Shown piece by piece: positions 8,893-18,698 of a stretch of 64,000 bases of DNA (position 1 is the stretch's first letter; every line of letters starts with the position of its first letter). Origin of the DNA: an uncultured Methanosarcinales archaeon (GTDB lineage Archaea; Nanobdellota; Nanobdellia; Woesearchaeales; CAYSVS01); assembly GCA_964589485.1 (NCBI GenBank), contig CAZPRK010000003.1, forward strand, positions 1-64,000, given 5' to 3'. The translations under genes and the position numbers were made by a program. The notes below the pieces were generated by a model. It made no database searches, had not been told where the DNA came from, and was given only the letters and a program-made list of their open reading frames with translations.

Positions 8893-9771
8893 ATGAAGTT
8901 TTTGGAAAACATATACAAAAATCATTACAAAAAGTTACTTATTATACCTATGTTAATATTGCTATTAGCTCTTATTCAAATTTCTACACAAATTGCAACT
9001 ACTGGTGATTTTATTAATAAAGGAATAAGCCTTAAAGGCGGAACTACTATCACTATTTCTGAAAACTTAAACATCGATGAAATAAAAGATATAATTAATC
9101 AAAACCTACCAAATAAAGAAATTAATGTTAGAACCCTTTCTAGCAGTAACGTAAATTTAGGAATTATAATTGATTCTGAAACTATAACCTCAGATGAAGT
9201 TTTAATTATTATTAATTCAATTGAAACAAAACAAGGTAAATTAAAAGATTATACTGTAGAAAATATAGGATCTAGCCTTGGAGAAAGTTTCTTTAAAGAT
9301 ACTATAAAGGCAATGATTTTTGCATTTTTATTTATGGGTATAGTTGTTTTTTATTATTTTAGAATACCAATACCTAGCCTTGCTGTAATACTTGCCGCAT
9401 TTTCAGATATTGTTGTTAGCATAGCAATAGTAAATTTATTAGATATTAAAGTAGGTACTGCTGGAATTGCTGCATTCTTAATGTTAATAGGATACAGTGT
9501 AGATACAGATATTTTACTTTCAACAAGAGTTTTAAAAAGAAAAGAAGGAACAATATACGATAGAGTTATCAGTGCACTTAAAACAGGATTAACCATGAAT
9601 CTGACAACACTTTCAGCTTTATTAGTTGCATTATATTTTTCTAACTCACCAGTTCTAAGTCAAATAATGACTATACTATTAATTGGATTAGTAATAGATA
9701 TAATGAATACATGGATACAAAATGCAGGAATTTTAAGATGGTATATGGAGAAAAAACATAATGAAAGTTAG
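8893..9771 (+). CDS. secF: protein translocase subunit SecF
   Basis: GISLKGGT, LMLIGYSVDTDILL; 6-TM layout; adjacent to secD. Confidence 0.95.
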   Translation: MKFLENIYKNHYKKLLIIPMLILLLALIQISTQIATTGDFINKGISLKGGTTITISENLNIDEIKDIINQNLPNKEINVRTLSSSNVNLGIIIDSETITSDEVLIIINSIETKQGKLKDYTVENIGSSLGESFFKDTIKAMIFAFLFMGIVVFYYFRIPIPSLAVILAAFSDIVVSIAIVNLLDIKVGTAGIAAFLMLIGYSVDTDILLSTRVLKRKEGTIYDRVISALKTGLTMNLTTLSALLVALYFSNSPVLSQIMTILLIGLVIDIMNTWIQNAGILRWYMEKKHNES

Positions 9772-11461
9772 TAAATACTTAAAAAATACTAGAATTTTGT
9801 TATTATTAATATTTTTAGTTCTAGCTTTATTTTCAATTTATCCTAACCCATGGAATGATGGAGCTACAATTAGAACAGTTGAAGAAAATTCGTCTGCAAA
9901 CTTAGCAGGAGTTTCAAGTAGTAGCCCTAATGCAAGGCCTATGTCTAGGGAAAGAATCCTTATGATGAATAATATTGAAATTAACAATGCTCAAGAATAT
10001 CATAATTTTATAACAAACCTTAAACCTAACAGAACTGTTTATATTAAAACTAATAGAAGAGATTATAGTTTAATTACACAACCATTAGTTAATATTACAA
10101 CTTTAAATGAACTTGAAGAAAAAATTATTTCAATAACAAATTCTAGTAACCATACAATAAACAAAACTATAATGGTTAATAAAACTTTAACTGAAGTAAT
10201 TGGAACTAAAGAATTAGGATTAACTGTTTATGATTCACCTAAAACTAACTTAAAAAAAGGATTAGAGTTACAAGGTGGAACCAGAGTTTTATTAGAACCT
10301 GAAAATAAATTAAGTCCAGAAGATACGGAATTCTTAATTGATAACATGAAAAGAAGATTAAATGTATTTGGTTTAACTGATATTGTAATTAAACAAGTAA
10401 ATGAATTACCTGAACCTTTCGGAAGCGGAAAACAATTCATATTAGTTGAAATAGCTGGAGCAAATGAAGAAGAAGTTAAAGAATTACTTGGAAAACAAGG
10501 TAAGTTTGAAGCAAAAATAATTAATAATACTGTATTTAGTGGCGGGAAAGATATAGTATATGTATGTAGGAGTGCAGAATGCGCTGGAATAGATCCTAAT
10601 TCAGGTTGTGGAAGAAATGGAGATCATTGGTTATGTAGATTTAGGTTTAGTATTACTTTATCTCAAGAAGCAGCGGAAAACCAAGCTGAAGAAACTAATA
10701 AATTAACAGTTGAAGGAACTAGTGGCAATAGTTATTTATCTGAACCGTTATCACTTTATTTAGATAATTCTAAAGTTGATGAATTACAAATTGGTGCAGA
10801 CTTAAAAGGAAGAGCTGTTACTGAAATTTCAATATCAGGAGCAGGTCAAGGAGTGACTGAGCAAGAAGCAGTTTTAAATTCATTAAATAACATGAAAAAA
10901 TTACAAACAATATTAATCACAGGTAGTTTACCAGTTAAATTAACAATAGTAAAAACAGATAATATATCCCCAGCATTAGGTAAAGAGTTTCTTCAAAATT
11001 CTTTAAAAATCGGTATATATTCAATATTAGCAGTTGCATTAATAATTTTATTAAGGTATAGAAAATTCAAAATAATTGCTCCATTAGTAATTACTTTACT
11101 CTCTGAAATTATTCTATTGATGGGATTTGCATCCTTGGTAGGATGGAATATTGACATTGCAGCAGTAGCTGGAATTATTATTGTAGTTGGAACTGGAGTA
11201 GATCATTTAATAGTTATCACAGATGAAACTCTTAAAGGAGAACAATCACAATTTACAAACTGGAAAGATTTACTTAAAAAAGCTATTTTTATCATTACTG
11301 CAGCTTATGTAACAACAATTGTTGCAATGATTCCTTTATGGTATGCCGGAGCAGGTATGTTAAAAGGATTTGCAATTACAACCATTGTAGGAGTTACATT
11401 TGGAGTATTTATTGCTAGACCAGCATATGCAGCAATGATTGAATTAATTCTAAAGGATTAG
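9761..11461 (+). CDS. secD: protein translocase subunit SecD
   Basis: GLELQGG, RLNVFGL, GSLPV, GTGVDHLIVITDE, GFAITT motifs. Confidence 0.95.
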   Translation: MKVSKYLKNTRILLLLIFLVLALFSIYPNPWNDGATIRTVEENSSANLAGVSSSSPNARPMSRERILMMNNIEINNAQEYHNFITNLKPNRTVYIKTNRRDYSLITQPLVNITTLNELEEKIISITNSSNHTINKTIMVNKTLTEVIGTKELGLTVYDSPKTNLKKGLELQGGTRVLLEPENKLSPEDTEFLIDNMKRRLNVFGLTDIVIKQVNELPEPFGSGKQFILVEIAGANEEEVKELLGKQGKFEAKIINNTVFSGGKDIVYVCRSAECAGIDPNSGCGRNGDHWLCRFRFSITLSQEAAENQAEETNKLTVEGTSGNSYLSEPLSLYLDNSKVDELQIGADLKGRAVTEISISGAGQGVTEQEAVLNSLNNMKKLQTILITGSLPVKLTIVKTDNISPALGKEFLQNSLKIGIYSILAVALIILLRYRKFKIIAPLVITLLSEIILLMGFASLVGWNIDIAAVAGIIIVVGTGVDHLIVITDETLKGEQSQFTNWKDLLKKAIFIITAAYVTTIVAMIPLWYAGAGMLKGFAITTIVGVTFGVFIARPAYAAMIELILKD

Positions 11462-11491
11462 ATTTATAAAATAATAACCACTTGTAGGTAA

Positions 11492-12409
11492 ATGAGTCAT
11501 GATTTATATCAATCTATTGTTAATGTATTTAAAGAAAAGAAAATAAGAAACTTAACTGAAGTAGTTGATTATATATTTCCTAACTTGTCAAAAAAAGAAA
11601 GAAATGCTGCATCAAAAAAATTAACAAGAGTAATATCTGAAAACACACCTGAAATTTATATTCCAACATCTGAAAAAAACAAAAAAATTGAAATTCCAAC
11701 TATAACTAGAGTTAAAATACATGAAGGTTTATACAAAGGTAATTTAACTTCTTTTATTCAAGAAAACACATTTCCGTTTAATTTTAACCCTGATTACTTT
11801 GAAGGTAGAAATATAAGTGGAGATGATTGGAAATCTGATATTACTTTGCCTAAAGAAATGTCGGATGATTTTTCTCAAATGTTAGGTGTATTGTGGAAAA
11901 AAGGTATTGTTGGGTATAATCATAGCATATTAGGAAGATTTCATATCGGATTTACATCTAAACAAACTAAAGTAAGAGATAGATTTAAAAAATCATTTTT
12001 ACAGCATTTTAATACTGAATTAGTAGATGTTAATTACATTTCCCATTACGATTATCAAGGAAAAGAAGTACATTTTGAAGGTATAACGCATACCAAAAAC
12101 TCACCAGCTATTTGTACATATTTAACTGAGTGTTTAAGTTTTCAAGAAGGTGGAATGCCAACAGTAAACTTAAATAAAAGTCAACTTGAGCATTTTGTAT
12201 ATGGATTACTTAGCTTAAACCACCATTTTGTTAGAGAAAGATTAGTTTTACAAGTTAATGGAGATAGTTTTGCGAATGAACTAGAAGAAAAGTTAAATGA
12301 AGCTAACCTTACTATAGATTACAAAAATCACAATACAGAAGAAAGTTTACATCTACGATTTTCAAAAGAAGTAACAAAATACTTTGTAGAAAAATTTAAT
12401 ATTCAATAA
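11492..12409 (+). CDS. hypothetical protein with degenerate LAGLIDADG-like motifs
   Basis: LPKEMSDDFSQMLGVLWKKG and HFVYGLLS resemble the two LAGLIDADG helices but lack the catalytic acidic residues. Confidence 0.55.
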   Translation: MSHDLYQSIVNVFKEKKIRNLTEVVDYIFPNLSKKERNAASKKLTRVISENTPEIYIPTSEKNKKIEIPTITRVKIHEGLYKGNLTSFIQENTFPFNFNPDYFEGRNISGDDWKSDITLPKEMSDDFSQMLGVLWKKGIVGYNHSILGRFHIGFTSKQTKVRDRFKKSFLQHFNTELVDVNYISHYDYQGKEVHFEGITHTKNSPAICTYLTECLSFQEGGMPTVNLNKSQLEHFVYGLLSLNHHFVRERLVLQVNGDSFANELEEKLNEANLTIDYKNHNTEESLHLRFSKEVTKYFVEKFNIQ

Positions 12410-12441
12410 TTTTAAATAGACTAACTAATTTTTATTTTACC

Positions 12442-13083
12442 ATGATAGTAATTTCTTTAGGCGGATCAATTGTAGTTCCTGATAAAATTGATACTAATTT
12501 TATTAAAAATTTTAAAAATTTGATCAAAGATAAAGAATGTATAATAGTTGTTGGTGGAGGTAAAACTGCACGGAAATATATTGAAGCGTCAGATAAATTT
12601 GGTTCTAATGATAACAATAAAGACTTAATTGGAATTAGAGCTACAAAATTAAACGCAGAATTAGTTAGAGTATGCTTGAATATTAAATCTGATATAATAG
12701 AAGATCCTGATAAATTTCAAGTAACTGAAAAAATTATGATTGCTTCTGGACACAAACCAGGTCAAAGTACAGATCAAGTTGCATGTTTAATTGCAAAAAA
12801 AGTTAATGCAGAATTTGTTTTAAATTTATCAAACATATATTATGTATATGATAAAGATCCTAAATTTAAAGATGCTAAACCATTTGAAAAATTAACTTGG
12901 AACGAAATGCAAAAAATAGTAGGAACTAAATGGAAACCAGGTCTAAATGCTCCTTTTGACCCTATAGCAACTCAATTCTGTAAAGAAAATAAAATAAAAG
13001 TAATTCTATCTAATGGTAATGATTTAGAAAATTTAAATAACATATTAAATAATAAAAAGTCAAAAAGTACTATAATTAATTAA
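12442..13083 (+). CDS. pyrH: UMP kinase
   Basis: ISLGGS, VGGGKTARKYI, PGQSTD, VYDKDP, PGLNAPFDP. Confidence 0.95.
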   Translation: MIVISLGGSIVVPDKIDTNFIKNFKNLIKDKECIIVVGGGKTARKYIEASDKFGSNDNNKDLIGIRATKLNAELVRVCLNIKSDIIEDPDKFQVTEKIMIASGHKPGQSTDQVACLIAKKVNAEFVLNLSNIYYVYDKDPKFKDAKPFEKLTWNEMQKIVGTKWKPGLNAPFDPIATQFCKENKIKVILSNGNDLENLNNILNNKKSKSTIIN

Positions 13084-13264
13084 GTTTTTTTTCTAAGTCA
13101 GAATCAATCGTAACTCTGATACTAATATTTTTTCCACATTCACAATTCGTAGTTTTATAATGCTCATCTCCACAAAAAACAGAATTCCATTTAGAATCTA
13201 ATTCATTATTACAATACAAACAAAAATCAATTATATTTTCGTCTCTTAATATTTGCTCTCGCAT
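13076..13264 (-). CDS. small Cys-rich (zinc ribbon) protein
   Basis: CLYC...HYK...CECG in 62 aa. Confidence 0.65.
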   Translation of the reverse strand: MREQILRDENIIDFCLYCNNELDSKWNSVFCGDEHYKTTNCECGKNISIRVTIDSDLEKKLN

Positions 13265-13291
13265 AAAAAATATTCAAAAAATAAATAATAT

Positions 13292-13579
13292 TTAAGATTT
13301 ACTTAAATCCTTAATAGAAATTTCTTTTTTTAAACATTTAGTAAAATATTCATCATTTTGTATTTTTTCTTTTGCACCTAATGCAGCAATATATTTACCC
13401 TTAACTTTTATTACACATAAATCAAATTTATCTGACTTTGTTTCTGTTAATACAAATAATCTTAGTGGAAAGTCAGTTAAAGTTTTAATTGATGCAACTA
13501 AAGATTTCTTATCTGTATAAACATTTGCATACATATTCTTTTGTTTCAGAATAGTTAAAAGATAAAATTTCTTTAACAT
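13292..13579 (-). CDS. hypothetical protein
   Basis: 95-aa ORF overlapping the cysS stop. Confidence 0.55.
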   Translation of the reverse strand: MLKKFYLLTILKQKNMYANVYTDKKSLVASIKTLTDFPLRLFVLTETKSDKFDLCVIKVKGKYIAALGAKEKIQNDEYFTKCLKKEISIKDLSKS

Positions 13580-14958
13580 TTTTTTAATTTATAACCGTTT
13601 TCTTTATCATCAATTTGAAAACCTTTATTTTTGATTTCTTCCCTCAATTGATCAGATAATTCAAAGTCTTTATTTTTTCTTGCTTCTACTCGTTTATTGG
13701 CTAATTCAATAATATCTTTAGGAATTTCTTCCTTTTCTCTTTCCATTATACCTAAAACTGAATCTACTTTACACATAAATTCTTTTATTTTTTTAACATT
13801 TTGTTTAGATAGATTTTCTTTTATTTTATTAACTTCAGTAATAAATTCAAATATTGCACCTAAAGCACCTGAAATATTTAAATCATCATCCATACATTTT
13901 TCAAATTTAAATTTAGTTTGGTTTATTAATTTAATAATATTAAAACCTTTAGCGTTTTTTTCATCCAACATTTCTAAAAAATCATATATTCTTTGTAAAG
14001 TGTTTGGAATTTGTTTTAATGAAGCTTCAGTAAAATTTAATTGTTGTCTATAATGTACAGATAACAATGCATATCTTATTGCAGAAGAGTCATACTTTTC
14101 TAAATCTCTTAAAGTATAAAAATTACCAAGACTTTTTGACATTTTTTCTCCATTAACTAATAAATGTTCATTATGAAGAAAAAAATTACAAAATTTATTA
14201 CCATATGCTGATTCGCTTTGAGCAATTTCGTTAGTATGATGAGGGAAAATTAAATCAACTCCACCTGTATGAATATCAAAAGGTTGTCCTAAGAATTTTC
14301 TAGACATTGCACTACATTCCAAATGCCATCCCGGTCTTCCTTTCCCTAGCTCAGTTTCCCAAAATACATCTCCATCTCCTTTATGATATTTCTTCCAAAG
14401 AGCAAAATCTCTTACATTTTCTTTTCCATATTCATCAGAATTATTCAATCTACCATCAGCATTTTTCTTTAAATTTTTGTCAGATAAATTTGCTAATTTT
14501 CCATAACAAATGAATTTACTTATGCTAAAATAAATATCTCCTTTACTCTCATATGCGAAACCTTCTTTTTGAATCTTTTTAACTAATTCAACCATTTCAG
14601 GAATAGTTTCAGTTGCCTTTGGCATATATTCAGGAATTTGTATATTTAAGGTTTTTAAATCTGTTAAAAATTCATTTGTATAAAATTGAGTAAATTCAAT
14701 TAAAGATTTTTTTTCTTTTTTTGAATTTGTTATAGTTTTGTCATCAACGTCAGTTATATTCATTACATGTTTTAACTTAAAACCTTTATATTTGATGTAT
14801 CTTCTAAGTAAATCATTAAACATATAAGCTCTAAGGTTCCCAATATGTACATAGTTATATACAGTTGGACCACAACAATACATTCTTACTTGATTACCTT
14901 TTAATGGTTTGAGAACCTCTTTTTTGTTAGTAAGTGTATTATAGAGTTTTAATGTCAT
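13573..14958 (-). CDS. cysS: cysteine--tRNA ligase
   Basis: CGPTVY, HIGN, DFALWK, GRPGWHLECSAM, DIHTGGVDLIFPHH, KMSKS. Confidence 0.97.
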   Translation of the reverse strand: MTLKLYNTLTNKKEVLKPLKGNQVRMYCCGPTVYNYVHIGNLRAYMFNDLLRRYIKYKGFKLKHVMNITDVDDKTITNSKKEKKSLIEFTQFYTNEFLTDLKTLNIQIPEYMPKATETIPEMVELVKKIQKEGFAYESKGDIYFSISKFICYGKLANLSDKNLKKNADGRLNNSDEYGKENVRDFALWKKYHKGDGDVFWETELGKGRPGWHLECSAMSRKFLGQPFDIHTGGVDLIFPHHTNEIAQSESAYGNKFCNFFLHNEHLLVNGEKMSKSLGNFYTLRDLEKYDSSAIRYALLSVHYRQQLNFTEASLKQIPNTLQRIYDFLEMLDEKNAKGFNIIKLINQTKFKFEKCMDDDLNISGALGAIFEFITEVNKIKENLSKQNVKKIKEFMCKVDSVLGIMEREKEEIPKDIIELANKRVEARKNKDFELSDQLREEIKNKGFQIDDKENGYKLKKC

Positions 14959-15001
14959 ATCAAAATGAAATAATATTATTTATATAAACTTTGTTGTTGA
15001 A

Positions 15002-15481
15002 TTAAGCCCTATCTTCAATTAATCTATTATTTATTAAAGTATATTTAGTTTTACTATTTATCTTAATATCATCATTAAAACATACTACTTGGTCATTTGA
15101 AACAATTCCATCATAACCTTTTTGTTTTAAATTTTCTGTGATTCTATGCCTTAAAGTTCCTAAACCAAAACCTAAGCCTAAACTAAAAAATTTTATCCAA
15201 GCACTCTTAATATATTCCTTTTGAATATAGTTCTTAACATCTATATCAAATGTTCCATCAATAACTAAAGGTTTTTTTAACTCTAAGCTAACATTGTATA
15301 CAAAACAAGAATGAGTTATACTTTTTTTACTATATTTTTTTATATCTGCATGGTTTCCGCTCCAGAAATAGTGACCAATTGGTTCCCACCCTTCATGAGC
15401 TTTATTTTGATGTTTTAAACTTTCACTTAAACTAAAATTTTTAAACTCTGGCCCTATATGAAGCAAACCAATAAATTTCAA
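15002..15481 (-). CDS. hypothetical protein, ADP-ribosyltransferase (ART-PolyVal)-like pattern
   Basis: LHIG..F..F, GHYF, VYNVSLELKKPL, LKQKGYDGIV, QVVCF..DIK in the family's order. Confidence 0.5.
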   Translation of the reverse strand: MKFIGLLHIGPEFKNFSLSESLKHQNKAHEGWEPIGHYFWSGNHADIKKYSKKSITHSCFVYNVSLELKKPLVIDGTFDIDVKNYIQKEYIKSAWIKFFSLGLGFGLGTLRHRITENLKQKGYDGIVSNDQVVCFNDDIKINSKTKYTLINNRLIEDRA

Positions 15482-16122
15482 TTTAATTTCCTCACTAGAA
15501 ACAAAATATGATCTTTCTCAAAAGGATCTAATACTTTTTCATCTACAATTTGAAAATGTTGTTTTAATTCTTCTCTTACTTGGTTATATATTTGTTTAGG
15601 TTTTTTTGTAACATCAACACTTCTAGCTTTAACTGCGATCATTGCAAATTTACTTTTTTTTACAAATCTTTTAACATTTTTTATAAATATTTCACTTTGG
15701 TTTTTTTGAGCAATATCCATAAACAAAAAATCTACTTGAGGAAGAAGTAAATGTTGATATTCATTTGGTTGATTTGCATCAAACATCATAGGAATTATAT
15801 TTTTCCTTTCCTCTGAAACATAGACTAAATCTCTTACAACTCTTGGAGCAAAATCTAATGCAAATACAAATCCATCTTTTCCAAGTATATCTGAAACATG
15901 ACTTACTGTAGTTCCAGAAGCTGCTCCTAGATATAAAACAGTATCACCTTCATAAAATCCTACTTCCTTAATGTTTTTTAATACCCCTGCACCTAATTTA
16001 CTTTTTCGTGGATCCCATTCTCTATATTCTTCGCCATTAACATTAATTAACTTTTCAGTATAAACTTTTTTAGTTGGAGTCAAGTTTTTAGTAAATATTT
16101 TATTTTTTTGTTTAAGTATCAT
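15478..16122 (-). CDS. flpA: fibrillarin-like rRNA/tRNA 2'-O-methyltransferase
   Basis: EYREWDPRKSKLGAG, VLYLGAASGTTVSHVSD, DIAQ, LDPFEKDH. Confidence 0.96.
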   Translation of the reverse strand: MILKQKNKIFTKNLTPTKKVYTEKLINVNGEEYREWDPRKSKLGAGVLKNIKEVGFYEGDTVLYLGAASGTTVSHVSDILGKDGFVFALDFAPRVVRDLVYVSEERKNIIPMMFDANQPNEYQHLLLPQVDFLFMDIAQKNQSEIFIKNVKRFVKKSKFAMIAVKARSVDVTKKPKQIYNQVREELKQHFQIVDEKVLDPFEKDHILFLVRKLN

Positions 16123-17093
16123 TTTAATTGATCCTCTACTTGTTTTCGCAATTTATCTCCAATAAATTCACCTTTATAATAATCTATTTTAATTGCTATA
16201 GTAATTTTATCTGCTAATTTCCTGGCAGCCTTACCTTTTTCTTTTGAATTTGCAACCAGAGGATGATTTAATAAAACTCCATATTTAGGTGGTCTAGCTC
16301 CAGTTTTAATATGTCTAAATAAAGCTTTTTCTGCTCCAAGTAATTGTATAGTTGAAGCTGGCATTAACATTAACCTCTTCATATCCCCAGCATGAGATAA
16401 TAAATTACCTCCAATTGTTGATCCTGCAATTGCCAATAAATTAGGACAATATTTTTTCATTTTATCTTCTAAATACTTTTCATGGTTAGATCTTAGTTTA
16501 TATAAAGAATTAATTTCCTTTGCTAAATTTAATATAGGTCTAACGTCCTGTACATCTAAGTCTTGTCCCATAGTTCTATCTTTAGAAAGTTTAATTTCTT
16601 TTAGCAATTCTGCTTTATTTTTTTCTAAAATAGTTATTATAAAAGTTTCATGATCTGGACATTTTTTAGAAAACTCTGGCAAATATAATTCATACCATTC
16701 CCTTAATCTTTTTGACATATTATTTGCAATCTTATTTAATTCTTCAATATTTCTGATAGTTTGTAAAATTAAAGAATCTTCCTTTACTGAAGCTTTTACT
16801 TTTTTCTTAGTTAATTCTAGATTAACAGTATAAAAATCAACAAAATTTTGTCTAAAATAATCAGAAATTGCTTTTAATTTCTTAGTATCGTTACTAAGTT
16901 TAATTCCATCTATTTTATCTTTTTTATAACCAATGTAAAATAATTTATCTTTATACTTTTTAATTAACTTTTTTTCTTCTTCTAACCATTCTGCACAGTT
17001 ATTAGAATTATTTTCTATCCTTTCAACTACATTAAACTGTTCATCAAAAACAAAAGTTCCTAGAAAATTACTAATTAGATATTTCTCTGACAT
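16119..17093 (-). CDS. nop5: C/D box RNP protein Nop5 (Nop56/58)
   Basis: LREWY, PNL, MPASTIQLLGAEKALFRH, PPKYGV, GKAAR. Confidence 0.93.
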   Translation of the reverse strand: MSEKYLISNFLGTFVFDEQFNVVERIENNSNNCAEWLEEEKKLIKKYKDKLFYIGYKKDKIDGIKLSNDTKKLKAISDYFRQNFVDFYTVNLELTKKKVKASVKEDSLILQTIRNIEELNKIANNMSKRLREWYELYLPEFSKKCPDHETFIITILEKNKAELLKEIKLSKDRTMGQDLDVQDVRPILNLAKEINSLYKLRSNHEKYLEDKMKKYCPNLLAIAGSTIGGNLLSHAGDMKRLMLMPASTIQLLGAEKALFRHIKTGARPPKYGVLLNHPLVANSKEKGKAARKLADKITIAIKIDYYKGEFIGDKLRKQVEDQLK

Positions 17094-17118
17094 TTATGCT
17101 GATTAAGTATGTTTGTAT

Positions 17119-17541
17119 TTAAAGCTTTTTGGTGAATTTGTATACATCACGGCCAGTTTCTACTAAATTATAACCTAATTTAAGATATAATTGATTAATT
17201 TGAGAATTATTTAAAGAATTAAATAAAAAACTAGTTACACACCCTCTATTTAAAAGTTCCAATTCAGCACTTAAAATAAGTTTAGTTCCTAATCCTTCTC
17301 CCCTATTACTAGTTTCAACAAATAAATTTTCGATTTGTCCAACTTGACCGTTATTATTAAAAGTAACAAAACCATGTTTGTGAATAATCGCATTTTTATT
17401 TCTAGTATATGTTTCAACTACACTTTCTAATTTCTCAGTTGAAGGAATACTTTCCCATTTTTTCCTTGCAATATTATATGATCTATATAAATTTAAAAAA
17501 TGTTCACTATCAGATGGACTAACTATATTCATCTTACACAT
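17119..17541 (-). CDS. GNAT family acetyltransferase
   Basis: LFV...RGEGLGTKLI motif A; LYLKLGY. Confidence 0.8.
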   Translation of the reverse strand: MCKMNIVSPSDSEHFLNLYRSYNIARKKWESIPSTEKLESVVETYTRNKNAIIHKHGFVTFNNNGQVGQIENLFVETSNRGEGLGTKLILSAELELLNRGCVTSFLFNSLNNSQINQLYLKLGYNLVETGRDVYKFTKKL

Positions 17542-17606
17542 TAAAAACTAGTTATATTTAAACTTAATTCACAAAAATTAAATACTTCTTTCAATTGTTA
17601 ATTCTT

Positions 17607-17918
17607 ATGAAAATATTATACATTACTTGTAAAAATGAAGAAGAAGCTAAATATTTAGCTAACAAATGTGTTAAAAATAAATTAGCTGCATGTGGGAATA
17701 TTTTTTCAATTTCATCAATATATGAATGGAACAATGAAATTCAAAATGATGACGAAATGGTATTAATATTAAAAACAGATGAAAGTAAAGTAAACGAATT
17801 AAAGAATAAAGTAAAAGAATTACATTCATATGAAATACCTTGCATATTAGAATTAGATGCGAAAGCTAATAAAGAATATTATAATTGGATTAAATCCTGT
17901 CTGGGTAGTCAGAAATAA
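17607..17918 (+). CDS. cutA: divalent-cation tolerance protein CutA
   Basis: KLAACGN, SIYEW, KT, HSYEIPCI. Confidence 0.92.
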   Translation: MKILYITCKNEEEAKYLANKCVKNKLAACGNIFSISSIYEWNNEIQNDDEMVLILKTDESKVNELKNKVKELHSYEIPCILELDAKANKEYYNWIKSCLGSQK

Positions 17919-18564
17919 TACCATCTACTCCCCATCTTTTCATTTTTTTAATATCTTGTGGATCATCTACTGTGTAAACTATTACTTTAATGTTTCTTTT
18001 ATGTGCATCTGTAATAAAACCTTTATTTATGAACTCATAATCTAAATGAATTGCGTGCGCTCCAAAATTTTCTGCAAATTTTGCTTTACTTACAGGAATT
18101 CCGCAAATGATTAAACCTAATTTTAATTTTGGATTGATTTTTTTAATTTTATTTAACTCAACATGATTATATGATGAAATCAAAAAATCAGAATATTTCC
18201 ATTTATAATTTTCAACATAAGTATCTATTATTTTCATAAGTCTTTTAGCAATATTTTGTGATTTTAATTCTATATTTATTTTAGCTTTTCTTTTTACACA
18301 ATCTAAAGCTTCTTCTAATTTCAACACATGTTCATTTTTTCCAGAATATATCTTTTGTAATTCTTTTAATGTAAAATCAGATACTTTTCTTCGTTTATAC
18401 TTACCCTTTAACTTGTAATCGTGAATGACAACTAATTCACCTGATTTACATTTTCTCAAATCAAGTTCAATCATATCAACTTTTAATTCAATAGCTTTCT
18501 TGAAAGCTTTCATAGAATTTTCTGGCTCGTAACCCATAGCTCCCCTGTGACCTATTTTAAGCAT
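17890..18564 (-). CDS. glycerophosphodiester phosphodiesterase
   Basis: IGHRG, PENSMKAF, IELD, VVIHD, NIELK, GVDGIISDYP. Confidence 0.93.
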   Translation of the reverse strand: MLKIGHRGAMGYEPENSMKAFKKAIELKVDMIELDLRKCKSGELVVIHDYKLKGKYKRRKVSDFTLKELQKIYSGKNEHVLKLEEALDCVKRKAKINIELKSQNIAKRLMKIIDTYVENYKWKYSDFLISSYNHVELNKIKKINPKLKLGLIICGIPVSKAKFAENFGAHAIHLDYEFINKGFITDAHKRNIKVIVYTVDDPQDIKKMKRWGVDGIISDYPDRI

Positions 18565-18620
18565 GTGTTATTTATTAATGTCCTAGTATTTAAAATGGTA
18601 TGATTTATCTTAAACTGCCG

Positions 18621-18654
18621 CAATATATTAAAAAGTATACCAATATATTAAAAA
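18621..18654. repeat. perfect 14-bp direct repeat
   Basis: CAATATATTAAAAA at 18621-18634 and 18641-18654 (20-bp period), in a divergent intergenic region. Confidence 0.6.
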
Positions 18655-18698
18655 ACTGCGAAAAGCTTATATAGTAGTGCCACTGAAGAGTAGTTGAT

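Noticed and set aside
13573..14958. CysRS acting as an MshC-like ligase for the GT4/PIG-L pair
   Set aside because: It keeps the C-terminal anticodon-binding domain and lies 24 kb away; an ordinary cysS
15478..17118. C/D box guide RNA near nop5-fibrillarin
   Set aside because: No convincing RTGATGA...CTGA pair in the short intergenic spaces
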